Shown here: in pieces, positions 45,494 to 54,578 of the stretch
How the letters are laid out: each line of letters begins with the position of its first letter
Numbering within the stretch: the first letter of the stretch is position 1
Source: a virus
Lineage: Duplodnaviria > Caudoviricetes
Direction: 5' to 3' (one strand)
IMG/VR virus record: IMGVR_UViG_3300025117_000080
Coordinates: 1-54,710 of that record
Length of the DNA stretch: 54,710 nucleotides
Position numbers and translations under genes: made by a program
Notes under the pieces: model-generated
Told to the model about the DNA's origin: nothing
The model's input: the letters and a program-made list of their open reading frames with translations, nothing else
Databases searched by the model: none

Positions 45494-46090
45494 ATGAAAC
45501 GAATCAGCATCTACATTCCAGAAACATTTCTTGCGGCCCTTAATAAGCTCGCCAAGGAACGCGGTACAAAAACTGCCCACCTTATCCGCACAGCCGTCTA
45601 TGAGTTTTTGAAAGCAGCCGGGGCGCTGTGCCTTTTGCTCGTGGTCGGGTGCGGAGGTGGAAGCGGTGGCAGCTCCGAAAACTATTCGAACAAAATTTCC
45701 GAATGGAGATCCCGCGAAAACGAATGCGCCGATATCAAAACAGAATGCCGATTCACAGGCGATATAATCGGAGACATTTTTGCTATTCGAAACCAGCTTC
45801 CACAATTCACCTACCAAAAAGAAGACGGGGATTACTGGAACACATCTTGCGAAACCTTGAAGACTCCAATTGGCGAGTGCGATGACTTCTCCCCAATGAT
45901 TTGCAGAGCGCTTTCGGATAGCTGTCTTCAAGAGCATTACAATGTCGAAATACTCATCAGTATTATAGACCTTCCTGGCGAAAACCACATGGTTTGCGTT
46001 GTTAAGCATGGTGAAAAAACCTATGAGGTAGAAGACGGCATGATTTTATCGGGTGGGCCTGATAAAATTCTTGCCTCATTTTCACTTTAA
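45494..46090 (+). CDS. RHH-lipobox-transglutaminase-like Cys protease (BTLCP/LapG-like) fusion
   Basis: RBS AGGAGG; MKRISIYIP...LIRTAV RHH; LLLVVGC; DYW...ETL...GECDDF...HMV. Confidence 0.72.
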   Translation: MKRISIYIPETFLAALNKLAKERGTKTAHLIRTAVYEFLKAAGALCLLLVVGCGGGSGGSSENYSNKISEWRSRENECADIKTECRFTGDIIGDIFAIRNQLPQFTYQKEDGDYWNTSCETLKTPIGECDDFSPMICRALSDSCLQEHYNVEILISIIDLPGENHMVCVVKHGEKTYEVEDGMILSGGPDKILASFSL

Positions 46091-46097
46091 CCCCCCA

Positions 46098-47723
46098 TCA
46101 CTGTTTTTTAAGAAAAATTGCTGATATACCTGCCGCAGTAACCGTCCACGTAGACTCCAAACCGTAACCCGTTACAATGACCCGCAAGGTACCGCTACCG
46201 GTTACTGTTATGCGCGTGTCATGGATAGCAGTAACCGTGTCTCCGCTTGCTGCGTAGTGATTTCCAGCGGCGCAGTGTATGGCGATTGTCGCTGTACCGT
46301 CGTATTTTGTTATGTCTACTTTATTTTGCCCGGCTGTCGCTCCCTTACTCCCAATACCGTAACCGTGCGCCAAGAAAATATCACCTGCGGTTACAGTACC
46401 GAGATCGAGCAAATCTAACGTTGTGCCCCCAGAACCACACCCCCACGTACCTGTATCAGCACTATCAACAATAAGCGGTCTACCATCGCAAACTGAGTTT
46501 ATTTCGGCTGGGGATGCGCCCACCGCCACTCCGCCGATCTGCAAGCCCACAGGAATATTCACAACTCCAGTAGCGCTTACGGTCAGACCTGTAGCCCCTG
46601 CCGTTCCGTTCGATCCGATGAGGGCTACAATCCCGGGGTATGTAGCATCGTCAGAAGAATAGACAGCAACCATCCCGCTATCATTTTGCGACGTGTACCC
46701 GCCAGCCGTAACGGTTAGAGCGGTTTCAGCGGCAGTTCCAGCCAACACCCTGGCAACTGTCCCAGATGCAGGGCGTATTGTCAGGTCTCCACCTGTAACC
46801 CGAAAGCCATCAGTTGCGGTCTTTCCTGATAAATTCTGGGTGGACGCAGTGTCTGCTATGGTTGTTCCTGCTACCGCATGCAGTTTAGCAAAGTCTGCCG
46901 CAACAGCACCTTGTGAATGAAGCTCGGAAAGCTCGGCTGCGGTTGCCGTGTTCCCGTCGCAAACCGAATTTACCTCTGTTGCCATGGCAGTCTGTAGCAC
47001 CCCGGCGATAGACAAGGCGTCTACGTCTGTAGCCGTCGCATTGATGACCATCCGGTCAACGCCAGCGGTCTTAAAATAGATCGCGTCTACGTCGGCGGTG
47101 CGCTCAACTTCAATGCCGGTGTCGCCGTCAGAGTCGAGTGTGGCTGACCGGATGCCGGCGATTCTAAGCGCTGTTCCGGCCGCGTTTGGAACTACCTCAA
47201 TAATTGTTCCAACTGCGGTAAAGGCATAGCTTGCAGCGCCTTCGATAAGTTCTGATCCGGATGGGTCAAGCGTGATGGCATTTGCGCCCGCTGTATGCAT
47301 GACCTTTAATGGTGAAACCCAAGAGGCGACCGCCAGAAGGTTGATCGTCACCGCGCCGGCCGTGGTATCTACTTCTAAAAAGTCGTCATCGCTTGTCTGG
47401 GTGGTCGTTGAAGAGACAGCCCGGTTGTAATAATTGGGATGCCGAACCTTTACGTTGTCACGTGGGAACCCAGAAACCTGCGCTCCGTCAGCGTCAAGAA
47501 CGTTGATCTTGTAAACGCCGTCACCATAGAGCAGGGCTGTTCCAATAGCCGAAAGGGTATAGGATGTGAAGGGATTTGTCTTTTCCTTCTCGGTCCATAC
47601 GTTCTTGGCCGTTGTGGTGCCGGCTGAATAAAAATAGGCCGTGCCGCCGTTCACCAGCTCCCCGGTCGAAGCGTCCCTGATTCCGGCCAGAAGGATTTCA
47701 ATTTGAACTGCGCGAGTGCTCAT
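46098..47723 (-). CDS. Tail fibre/spike with N-terminal virion-attachment domain
   Basis: GGTAYFYSAGTTT...GVYKINVLDADG; internal repeat E(V/I)NSVCDG; no signal peptide. Confidence 0.75.
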   Translation of the reverse strand: MSTRAVQIEILLAGIRDASTGELVNGGTAYFYSAGTTTAKNVWTEKEKTNPFTSYTLSAIGTALLYGDGVYKINVLDADGAQVSGFPRDNVKVRHPNYYNRAVSSTTTQTSDDDFLEVDTTAGAVTINLLAVASWVSPLKVMHTAGANAITLDPSGSELIEGAASYAFTAVGTIIEVVPNAAGTALRIAGIRSATLDSDGDTGIEVERTADVDAIYFKTAGVDRMVINATATDVDALSIAGVLQTAMATEVNSVCDGNTATAAELSELHSQGAVAADFAKLHAVAGTTIADTASTQNLSGKTATDGFRVTGGDLTIRPASGTVARVLAGTAAETALTVTAGGYTSQNDSGMVAVYSSDDATYPGIVALIGSNGTAGATGLTVSATGVVNIPVGLQIGGVAVGASPAEINSVCDGRPLIVDSADTGTWGCGSGGTTLDLLDLGTVTAGDIFLAHGYGIGSKGATAGQNKVDITKYDGTATIAIHCAAGNHYAASGDTVTAIHDTRITVTGSGTLRVIVTGYGLESTWTVTAAGISAIFLKKQ

Positions 47724-47726
47724 TGA

Positions 47727-48464
47727 CTACCCCATAACGAACGGAAAGGTGTACGGGAATCCGGTGCTATCCGTAAAAAGCGACGTGCTGCCATACCCAC
47801 CACTGAACGGAAGGCCGGTCGCAACCGGAACGCGCTGCGCAATATTCCTTCGTGCGATTGACTGCCAAGCGCTGTTAGCGTCGGCCCACAGGCTTTGCTC
47901 GACTTGAGTTCCGTGCATCCTGGCGAGTTTCGCAGCAAGGAACAGTATCAGGGCGTCCTCGTATTCTGTCGGAAGGCTCAAGGTTGTTGCGAGCGATAGT
48001 GTACTGTGCAAGTCCTTGGCGCTTTCAAGATAGACGGTATAGACCGCATCTGGAACCGGGAAAAAGTAGATCACTCCCACAGGATAAACCGGGTCGTAAA
48101 ACAATAGGCTGGGACGATCTTGAAAAGTCTTGTCAGATATGGCGTTGTAACTCTTTTCGGCGGCGATCATCAGCGGGTAATCGTAGTTGTCGGAATCTCT
48201 GACAAAAGCGCTCTTGATGATCTTTGCACGTTCGGTTGATGCCGTGCCGGCTGATCCCATAGTGTACGAAGCTTGGCCTGCGGTTGTGGAGAATGATTCG
48301 CTGGTGGAGTAGGGGATAATAACTTCCTGTGTCGAAAGCCGACCGATGATCCGATTCAGGAACCGCAGGCCAAGCGTCGATTGATTACCGTCTGGACCGT
48401 CCACAGGGTCAACGACCTGGGATTCTATGTAGGCGTCTGTTACGATGGTTTGACCTGTCGCCAT
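47727..48464 (-). CDS. Head-tail adaptor (P22 gp4-like)
   Basis: GLRFLNRII, GQASYT, FPVPD, LPTEYEDAL..LA. Confidence 0.75.
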   Translation of the reverse strand: MATGQTIVTDAYIESQVVDPVDGPDGNQSTLGLRFLNRIIGRLSTQEVIIPYSTSESFSTTAGQASYTMGSAGTASTERAKIIKSAFVRDSDNYDYPLMIAAEKSYNAISDKTFQDRPSLLFYDPVYPVGVIYFFPVPDAVYTVYLESAKDLHSTLSLATTLSLPTEYEDALILFLAAKLARMHGTQVEQSLWADANSAWQSIARRNIAQRVPVATGLPFSGGYGSTSLFTDSTGFPYTFPFVMG

Positions 48465-48468
48465 GGCG

Positions 48469-48753
48469 TTAGTCCTTAATGAACTTCAGTTGGACCTTTT
48501 TAATGGGGAAGGGCTCTTTGGCTTTTTTGGCCTTCTTGATGAACTCGCGCTCGGCACAGTTCGGAGCGCCTACGGTGAAAAGAATTTCAGCGATGCGGCT
48601 ACGCTTGTCGATCTTTCCCCTGAACCGCTTGCGCGAAGCCTTGACCGTCAACTTAGGACTGACATACTTCGTAGCCTTAACCGCGCCGTGATACAGGATG
48701 CACTCCGACAGTTCCTTGAAAACCATGCTCTGGCCTAAAAAGTCTTGCGCCAT
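48469..48753 (-). CDS. Basic hypothetical protein
   Basis: KATKYVSPKLTVKA...GAPN..ER; RBS GGAGG. Confidence 0.65.
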   Translation of the reverse strand: MAQDFLGQSMVFKELSECILYHGAVKATKYVSPKLTVKASRKRFRGKIDKRSRIAEILFTVGAPNCAEREFIKKAKKAKEPFPIKKVQLKFIKD

Positions 48754-48755
48754 AA

Positions 48756-49091
48756 CTATTCCTCCTTCTTCGCCTCGACTAATTCATTGATTTTCGAGCG
48801 CATTTCTTTGACCGTCATTCCTTCGTCAAACTCAAGGCCATTGGCTCTTCCGAAGCCGATCAGCTCGGCGCTGTTCATGGTCGATGGATACTTTTTTGCC
48901 TTGGGCTTTACAGGTTCCACCTTTGCGGTTCCGGCTCCATCGTCCAGGGCTTCCCACATCCTGCGGGTGCGAGGATCTTCGAAGGCCGGCGAGTCGTACC
49001 AACCTTCCGGTATTACCGCGCCCTTCTCGAAAATCCGCGCCGCTTCGGTCTTGCTGTACATCCATCTACGGTTATCGTTGTAAGCGGTCAT
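48756..49091 (-). CDS. Hypothetical protein with HeH/Rho-N-like C-terminus
   Basis: GWYDSPA; MNSAELIGFGRANGL...MTVKEM. Confidence 0.65.
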   Translation of the reverse strand: MTAYNDNRRWMYSKTEAARIFEKGAVIPEGWYDSPAFEDPRTRRMWEALDDGAGTAKVEPVKPKAKKYPSTMNSAELIGFGRANGLEFDEGMTVKEMRSKINELVEAKKEE

Positions 49092-50365
49092 TATGCAGCC
49101 TTTCTATGCCCGCACATGAGGCTGTGCAGGTAGTCGTAATTAACCCCCTTGATCGTCGGCAGAAAGCGGCCTGTGCGCTCAATGGTGCGCTCCTTGGTCT
49201 GAGGAAGGATTAAGCCTCTTTGTTCACAAAAGTCATAAATGCCGGTACCGGGGATCGGCGTAAAATAGAACGGACTCGCGTGTTCCGGCTGGATCTCGTC
49301 TATCATGCGGGCCGTGGCCAAAGCCTCATCTTCTGTCTCGGTCGGCAGGCCATACATGAAAGTTCCGAAAACCTTTATCCCGTTAGCCTTGCAGATTATT
49401 GCGGCCTCGATGTTCTGATCTACGGTGGTGCCCTTTTTGATGAGGTCCAGAATCCTTTGGCTACCGCTTTCAAGGCCGATCACGAACCATGTAACGCCGA
49501 TGCTTGCCAAACGTTCGATCATGCCCGGGTTGCGACAAATGATGTCGGCTCGGCTACAAGCGACTATCGGAGCGCCGATCTTGGCTTGCTCATACAGGTC
49601 GCAAAACTCTTGAATCCACTTTGTTTTGAACGTGAAAGTATCGTCCCAGAAGGTGATGCTCTTGTAATGGAACCGCCCTTTAAGATAGGCCAGTTCAGCC
49701 ACTACGTTTTCGGGGCTTCGCAGCCGGTAGGGATTGCCAAAAACAGCGTTTTCGGCAGGCTGGCAGTATTGGCAACGGTACGGGCAACCTCGGCCAGCAA
49801 GCATGGTGATCGAAGGAAGCTCTTGATCCGGCGTGAAGTTACAGGCCAACTCCCGCTTGTAATCGAACAATTCGCGGTCCACCCATGGGATGGAATCAAG
49901 GTCCGGTTTGGCGCCACGGTATATTTTCGGCAGTTCTTGGCCGGCCTCGATCATCTTGAGCAGATCGACAAAGGCAATCTCGCCCTCTCCCTGGACTACA
50001 GAATCAATCGCGGAAAAGTCGTATTGTCCCGGGAAGATACTTGGATGGATGCCTCCCACGATCACCTTGCAGGCCGGAAGTGTACGCTTTATGACCAGCA
50101 CGGCCCGCATCGCGTGCCAATGGTCCACGGCTGAAACAGACAGGCCGTAAACATCCGATGGCTTTTCTTTAATCAGTCTTTCGAAGTGATCCCACCCTGA
50201 AAGCTGTCTCAGGTCGATCAGGTCAACGTCGTAGCCTGCGGCTTTGGCCGATGAGCCCACGGAGGCAGCACCGTGACCGATCCATGACCCCTCGCGGTCA
50301 CCGTAGGGCCTGTTGGCATTCATGCCGGCTACACCTACATGGCAGAAGATTAGAGAGACGCGCAT
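49091..50365 (-). CDS. Cobalamin-binding (class B) radical SAM enzyme
   Basis: VGGIHPS, GEGE, GRGCPYRCQYC, FWDDTF, GLESGS, MYGLPTET, PIPGT. Confidence 0.92.
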   Translation of the reverse strand: MRVSLIFCHVGVAGMNANRPYGDREGSWIGHGAASVGSSAKAAGYDVDLIDLRQLSGWDHFERLIKEKPSDVYGLSVSAVDHWHAMRAVLVIKRTLPACKVIVGGIHPSIFPGQYDFSAIDSVVQGEGEIAFVDLLKMIEAGQELPKIYRGAKPDLDSIPWVDRELFDYKRELACNFTPDQELPSITMLAGRGCPYRCQYCQPAENAVFGNPYRLRSPENVVAELAYLKGRFHYKSITFWDDTFTFKTKWIQEFCDLYEQAKIGAPIVACSRADIICRNPGMIERLASIGVTWFVIGLESGSQRILDLIKKGTTVDQNIEAAIICKANGIKVFGTFMYGLPTETEDEALATARMIDEIQPEHASPFYFTPIPGTGIYDFCEQRGLILPQTKERTIERTGRFLPTIKGVNYDYLHSLMCGHRKAA

Positions 50366-51243
50366 TGGCCCCCCTTGCCCAAGGCTGCGAGCATTGCCGC
50401 CGTTTCTGCTTCGGTTGATCCTACCGCTTTTTCGATTTCGCTTTCGGCTTTACACCTTAACAGAAAGTCGTGATAATTTCCCTCCCATGCCTTGATCCCG
50501 TAGTGCTGAATTGTAACGTTTGGCTCCAGCCAGACGATGCCGCCCATTTCCTTATAACGTTTCTGGAAATAGATGTCCTCCCCGATGCGCCCACCAGAAC
50601 CGCGAAGGCCCTTTTGCATCTTGTATGCCAGCTCGGCAAGTTCTTCCTTGTCCATAGCCTCAAGTTCTTCTTTGGTCTTGATCTTGTGCGGCTCAATGTT
50701 GCACTTGAATGCCTCAAGTATTTCTTCGCCGGTAGTTGGTTCTGTATAGGTATCAAGGTTCGGTCGGGTGCGTTCAAAAGCCTTTCTTGAATACATGATG
50801 AAACCACCAGGAATGCCCCACATATCAAGAAGCCTGGTTTCCCCGATCTCTTTTCCAAGAAAGGAGCCATCTTCGGACTTGTTAGGGATACAGCCAAAAA
50901 ATTCCCAGTTATTTTTGCAGGGGTAGGCAGCTCCGACCACTTCGGCTCCCATCATCGCGGCCTTGAGTATCCTACAAAAACCTTCAACGTCCCACGCTTC
51001 GTCTGAATCGATCATAAGCATATGTGAGGCGTCTGATTTTAAAAACCTGTGCACTAACGCATTTTTTGCCCTGTCTACATACGAATCCCCGCTCAATTCG
51101 TAGTAGTCGAATGGGAGTTGAAGTTCGTGCAGAACATTTATCGAGTTCACAAGGCTTGTGACATATGGTGAGTATGCCTTGACTTCATAGTAGCAACTTG
51201 CTATAACCAAAATGTCCATACATCCGTGTTTTTTTTGTTCCAC
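50350..51243 (-). CDS. GT-A fold glycosyltransferase (start uncertain)
   Basis: DRAKNALV, LMIDSD (DxD), GAAYP, GEDIYF, HYG. Confidence 0.85.
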   Translation of the reverse strand: MEQKKHGCMDILVIASCYYEVKAYSPYVTSLVNSINVLHELQLPFDYYELSGDSYVDRAKNALVHRFLKSDASHMLMIDSDEAWDVEGFCRILKAAMMGAEVVGAAYPCKNNWEFFGCIPNKSEDGSFLGKEIGETRLLDMWGIPGGFIMYSRKAFERTRPNLDTYTEPTTGEEILEAFKCNIEPHKIKTKEELEAMDKEELAELAYKMQKGLRGSGGRIGEDIYFQKRYKEMGGIVWLEPNVTIQHYGIKAWEGNYHDFLLRCKAESEIEKAVGSTEAETAAMLAALGKGGQCASL

Positions 51244-51280
51244 TGCTTTAAATCCCCCCAAAAAAGAAAGTAGGTGCTTT

Positions 51281-51988
51281 ATGCGTTACGAGACATGGGA
51301 AACCACTAAATACCCTCCTGGGCTTAAAACAGGCAAACTCACCGTTGTTTCTACTCATAAGAAAAGAAGACAAAACGGATCGCTTGCATATTATGTTTTT
51401 TGCAAGTGTGAATGCGGCTCGGAAAACAAAATGATTGGCATAAGCGATTTTGCGGTCGCCAAAAGCTGCGGCTGCGTTAAGGGCGGGTGGCGCGGTCCGA
51501 GAAGCGAAAGATATAAATCCTCTATGTCTGAAGGCCATATTAAAAAGGGCATAATGCCAAGAACTGATAAAAGACCCGAGAAGGCATCCCATCATAATTG
51601 GAAAGGAGGGGTTATTTACAATAACGGATACAAACTCGTTATGTGCGATGACCCGGGGCACCCCCACAAAATACAAGGAAAGTACATTTATGAGCATAGG
51701 CGTGTAATGGAGAAAAGTATTGGCCGCTACCTCAGCAAAACAGAAAAAGTTCACCATATCAATGGCGACATAACCGATAACCGTATTGAAAACCTGGTTT
51801 TGTGCCAATCCAATTCCGACCATTTCAAAAGATTCCATAAAAGCATATTGAGCGATTTGATGCCAAAGATGCCATCCCCGCAATGCCCTCGGTGTGGATC
51901 TGCAAAAACTGGATCTCGCGGCAAAAAGAGTTATCAGTGTCGGTCATGCATGCGCCTTTTTTCGAAAACAGGCAGATTCTATAAATAG
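51281..51988 (+). CDS. HNH homing endonuclease with Zn-ribbon tail, antisense insertion
   Basis: GKLTV..CKCECG..KSCGC; NWKGG; EHRRVME...VHHINGDITDNRIENL; CPRC..CRSC. Confidence 0.85.
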   Translation: MRYETWETTKYPPGLKTGKLTVVSTHKKRRQNGSLAYYVFCKCECGSENKMIGISDFAVAKSCGCVKGGWRGPRSERYKSSMSEGHIKKGIMPRTDKRPEKASHHNWKGGVIYNNGYKLVMCDDPGHPHKIQGKYIYEHRRVMEKSIGRYLSKTEKVHHINGDITDNRIENLVLCQSNSDHFKRFHKSILSDLMPKMPSPQCPRCGSAKTGSRGKKSYQCRSCMRLFSKTGRFYK

Positions 51989-52004
51989 AACAGCCTGGGG
52001 TTGG

Positions 52005-52036
52005 CCCGGGGGATTTTCTCCCCCGGGTTTGTTTTG
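52005..52036 (+). terminator. Hairpin terminator between HNH and decoration gene
   Basis: CCCGGGGGA/TCCCCCGGG followed by TTTGTTTT. Confidence 0.65.
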
Positions 52037-52291
52037 CTACGCTTTGAGCCCCAAAGTAACCAGGGCGGCGCGGATCTCATTGACCAGTGTCACGATTGCG
52101 TTGGCCTGCGTGCTGGTGGAAAACCCCCAGATATTGGAGGTGGTGGAAACCGCAACGGTGGTAACGACCGCCGCCGCCGTGAAGGCCGTCCGAGCTGCGG
52201 GCGTGGCCCCGTAAAAGCTGATTTTCTCGCTGGAAGTCAAGCCGAAGCTCGCACCGTCCGGTTGATTGGTACCGATATATTCTACTGCCAT
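52037..52291 (-). CDS. Putative head decoration/fibre protein
   Basis: KISFYGATP...NEIRAALVTLGL; directly after coat gene. Confidence 0.65.
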   Translation of the reverse strand: MAVEYIGTNQPDGASFGLTSSEKISFYGATPAARTAFTAAAVVTTVAVSTTSNIWGFSTSTQANAIVTLVNEIRAALVTLGLKA

Positions 52292-52347
52292 GGTTTAACC
52301 TACCTTTCTGATTAGGGGCCGATTACCTGGCCCCTATCTAATTTTGA

Positions 52348-53559
52348 CTACCCCCACACCCTGCAAGCCAGCTCGGGCCGTTGGGCAAGGAAACCGAAGA
52401 AAATGTCAATACGGCACGGATAATTGGCGTTATTGATGTCGTACTGCCGCAAAATCCGCATGTTGATGCCGTCCACGGCCATTTGGGACTTGAAAGACAC
52501 GTCAGCCGGCATCTCAAGGTTCGCGGTGGCGAAGGTGAACGCCTCAGGGTGGAAAACCATGTTCTGGGGATAGACCAGCGAGGCCGTTCCGATCACCGTG
52601 ACGGTTGCTTCGCTGACCGGGAAAGCGTCGATGTTCTGAAGGGCTCCGGTGGTGTACATGGCAGGGCTGACGGTCAGGTCGCACTCGGACCCGGAAGCAG
52701 TCACGGCAGCGGTCACGACGAACTGCTGAAGCGCTCCGGTGCTTTGCTTGGTCTGAGGGTTCACGGCGTAAACCCCGGCTACCGTGAAGACATCGCCCAC
52801 CGTGAAGGTTTGGGTTGCGGCGCCCAGGCCATCCACATGGATCGTCGTAGAGCCTTCGGTTGCGTTGGCTGCGGTGTCGTCATCGACCAGGATGGAGCCG
52901 GAACGAGTCCCGCAAGTGTGGTTCGGAACGTTCTGGCTCATAAACCACTCGAAGCCCAGCGCGTTGCCCATTTTGCCCTTGAGGTACTGTTTTTCCAGGG
53001 CCGAAGAAGCGTGAAAAAGCGTGGACAGACCGGATACCGTGGAGGCTTGAGCAGCCGGGTTGATAACGGCTACGCGGTCATCTTCGGGGGTGGCGGTCTC
53101 ATTCAGTTTCTGCCCGCCCTGGAGCCAGATAAGAGCCGTGTTGGGCGTGGTCCCTGCGGTGCCGGCGCTGTTGTAAACAGCCTTGTACGCCTGGGAGAAG
53201 TTGTAGCTGTCAACCTGTGAGGCCAGCGTTTTGATGGCCGGGGAGATGAACCGCTTGGAAAACTCGTTGATGTCCAGGGCAAGGTCGGCGTCCGAAAAAT
53301 TCATGTCAACGCCGCGAATCTGGCCGATGACCAGGGACACGCTTTGCTCGTCCTGATCCTGAGCGTTGATCGCCCAGGTGGAACGAACGGTGTATTGATT
53401 GGGCAGGCGCACGCGCAGGGTGGAACCGCGTTTCTGCCCGCCAAACTCTGTTTCCTTGTCGTGCTGCTTGTCTATGTTCTTGGTGAAGGGAAGCGCGTTG
53501 TGCAGAACACGTTGGGCCTCTGCCGTGATCGCACTAGGTTTCAAAAACGAATTAGCCAT
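52348..53559 (-). CDS. Major capsid protein, P22 gp5-like
   Basis: GSTLRVRLP, PAIKTLASQVD, GFEWFMSQN, GDVFTVAGV.AVNP, RIDIFFG...RPE. Confidence 0.93.
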   Translation of the reverse strand: MANSFLKPSAITAEAQRVLHNALPFTKNIDKQHDKETEFGGQKRGSTLRVRLPNQYTVRSTWAINAQDQDEQSVSLVIGQIRGVDMNFSDADLALDINEFSKRFISPAIKTLASQVDSYNFSQAYKAVYNSAGTAGTTPNTALIWLQGGQKLNETATPEDDRVAVINPAAQASTVSGLSTLFHASSALEKQYLKGKMGNALGFEWFMSQNVPNHTCGTRSGSILVDDDTAANATEGSTTIHVDGLGAATQTFTVGDVFTVAGVYAVNPQTKQSTGALQQFVVTAAVTASGSECDLTVSPAMYTTGALQNIDAFPVSEATVTVIGTASLVYPQNMVFHPEAFTFATANLEMPADVSFKSQMAVDGINMRILRQYDINNANYPCRIDIFFGFLAQRPELACRVWG

Positions 53560-53571
53560 GACTTGTGCTCC

Positions 53572-54435
53572 TTATATCTTGCCCGCATTCCGCGCAGCAA
53601 TCCATCCCGCAGGGTCTTTTTCCGGGTCGATCTCTGGAATTACATCAGCCTTTCCAGGGTTGGGATTGATCGGCGGCGGGGCCTTTGTGGTTTTCTTTTC
53701 AGTGAGTTTCAGACGTTCTTCAATTTTACCGATTTCGCGTGCCATGGCCCAAGGATTGAGCTTAGAGATTCTTTCGGCTTCTTGGATGTTTTTCCCGAGA
53801 TGGTAGATAACGTCGGACCCGTTGTCGCTATCGACTATGACTTGTGCCATTTGGAAAGTCAGGATCTGACCAGGGATTGCCTGAACCACCTCGTCAAAAT
53901 CCTTGTACTTTCCTTTGCCGGTTTCGATGGTAGCTTTCCGTTTCTCGTCGAAGGTCTGCTGTTCCTTCTTTACCTCGTTCGCCTTTTCGGCCTGCTTTTT
54001 GGTCTCTTCTTCCTGAAGGCGCTTGGCGAAGGCTTCGGATTCCTTCTTTTCGAGCTTCCAGTCGGTAACGGCGTCAACGTAGTCTTCGTAGGTCTGGAAA
54101 TCACCGACAACGGGCTTAGGTTTGGCAAAGTTGACCGGAGGCGGTTCGGCCTGTTTCGGCTTGCGGGCCTCTTCGAGTTCCTTTTCGAGTTTGGCGGCGC
54201 GTTCTTTTTCCGCTTCGATCTTGGCTTCAGCCTCGTACCGCTTGCGGGTCAGTTCATCGAACCGCTTCTTGTACCAGGGTTTTTTCTCGGTTTGCTCTTG
54301 CTCTGCTCTTTCCTGGGCTTCGATTTCCTCCTGATTAGGAGTGCCTTCGGCTGTGCCGGTTTGTGCGGTGGACTGATCCGCTGGTGTGGCGTCCGGTGCG
54401 GCTGCTGTTGCCTGATCGTGGGTTTCTTCTGACAT
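53572..54435 (-). CDS. Scaffolding protein
   Basis: Acidic N-terminus, KRFDELT coiled coil, YHLGKN, APPPI.P; upstream of coat. Confidence 0.85.
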   Translation of the reverse strand: MSEETHDQATAAAPDATPADQSTAQTGTAEGTPNQEEIEAQERAEQEQTEKKPWYKKRFDELTRKRYEAEAKIEAEKERAAKLEKELEEARKPKQAEPPPVNFAKPKPVVGDFQTYEDYVDAVTDWKLEKKESEAFAKRLQEEETKKQAEKANEVKKEQQTFDEKRKATIETGKGKYKDFDEVVQAIPGQILTFQMAQVIVDSDNGSDVIYHLGKNIQEAERISKLNPWAMAREIGKIEERLKLTEKKTTKAPPPINPNPGKADVIPEIDPEKDPAGWIAARNAGKI

Positions 54436-54449
54436 TTGATTCTCCTGCC

Positions 54450-54490
54450 CCGCTGTTGCGGTAAGTTCTGACCCGGTTTCCCGGTAAGTT
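54450..54490 (-). promoter_or_regulatory. Tandem AACTTA+tetraloop hairpins in scaffold leader
   Basis: AACTTA-CCGG-GAAA-CCGG and AACTTA-CCGC-AACA-GCGG just before the RBS. Confidence 0.55.
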
Positions 54491-54491
54491 G

Positions 54492-54552
54492 AAAAACAAA
54501 AAGGGCTGCCCCTGGATTTCTCCAGAAGCAGCCCCTAAATGGTGGTCTTGCT
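54492..54552 (-). terminator. Leader motif plus terminator upstream of scaffold/capsid operon
   Basis: AGCAAGACCACCA, then GGGCTGC/GCAGCCC hairpin and TTTTTGTTTTT. Confidence 0.7.
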
Positions 54553-54578
54553 TTTAAGCTATGTTTTTACTTTCTGAC

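Noticed and set aside
49220-54432. Long plus-strand ORFs (49220..50134, 52381..53220, 53344..54432)
   Set aside because: Antisense shadows of well-supported radical SAM, coat and scaffold genes
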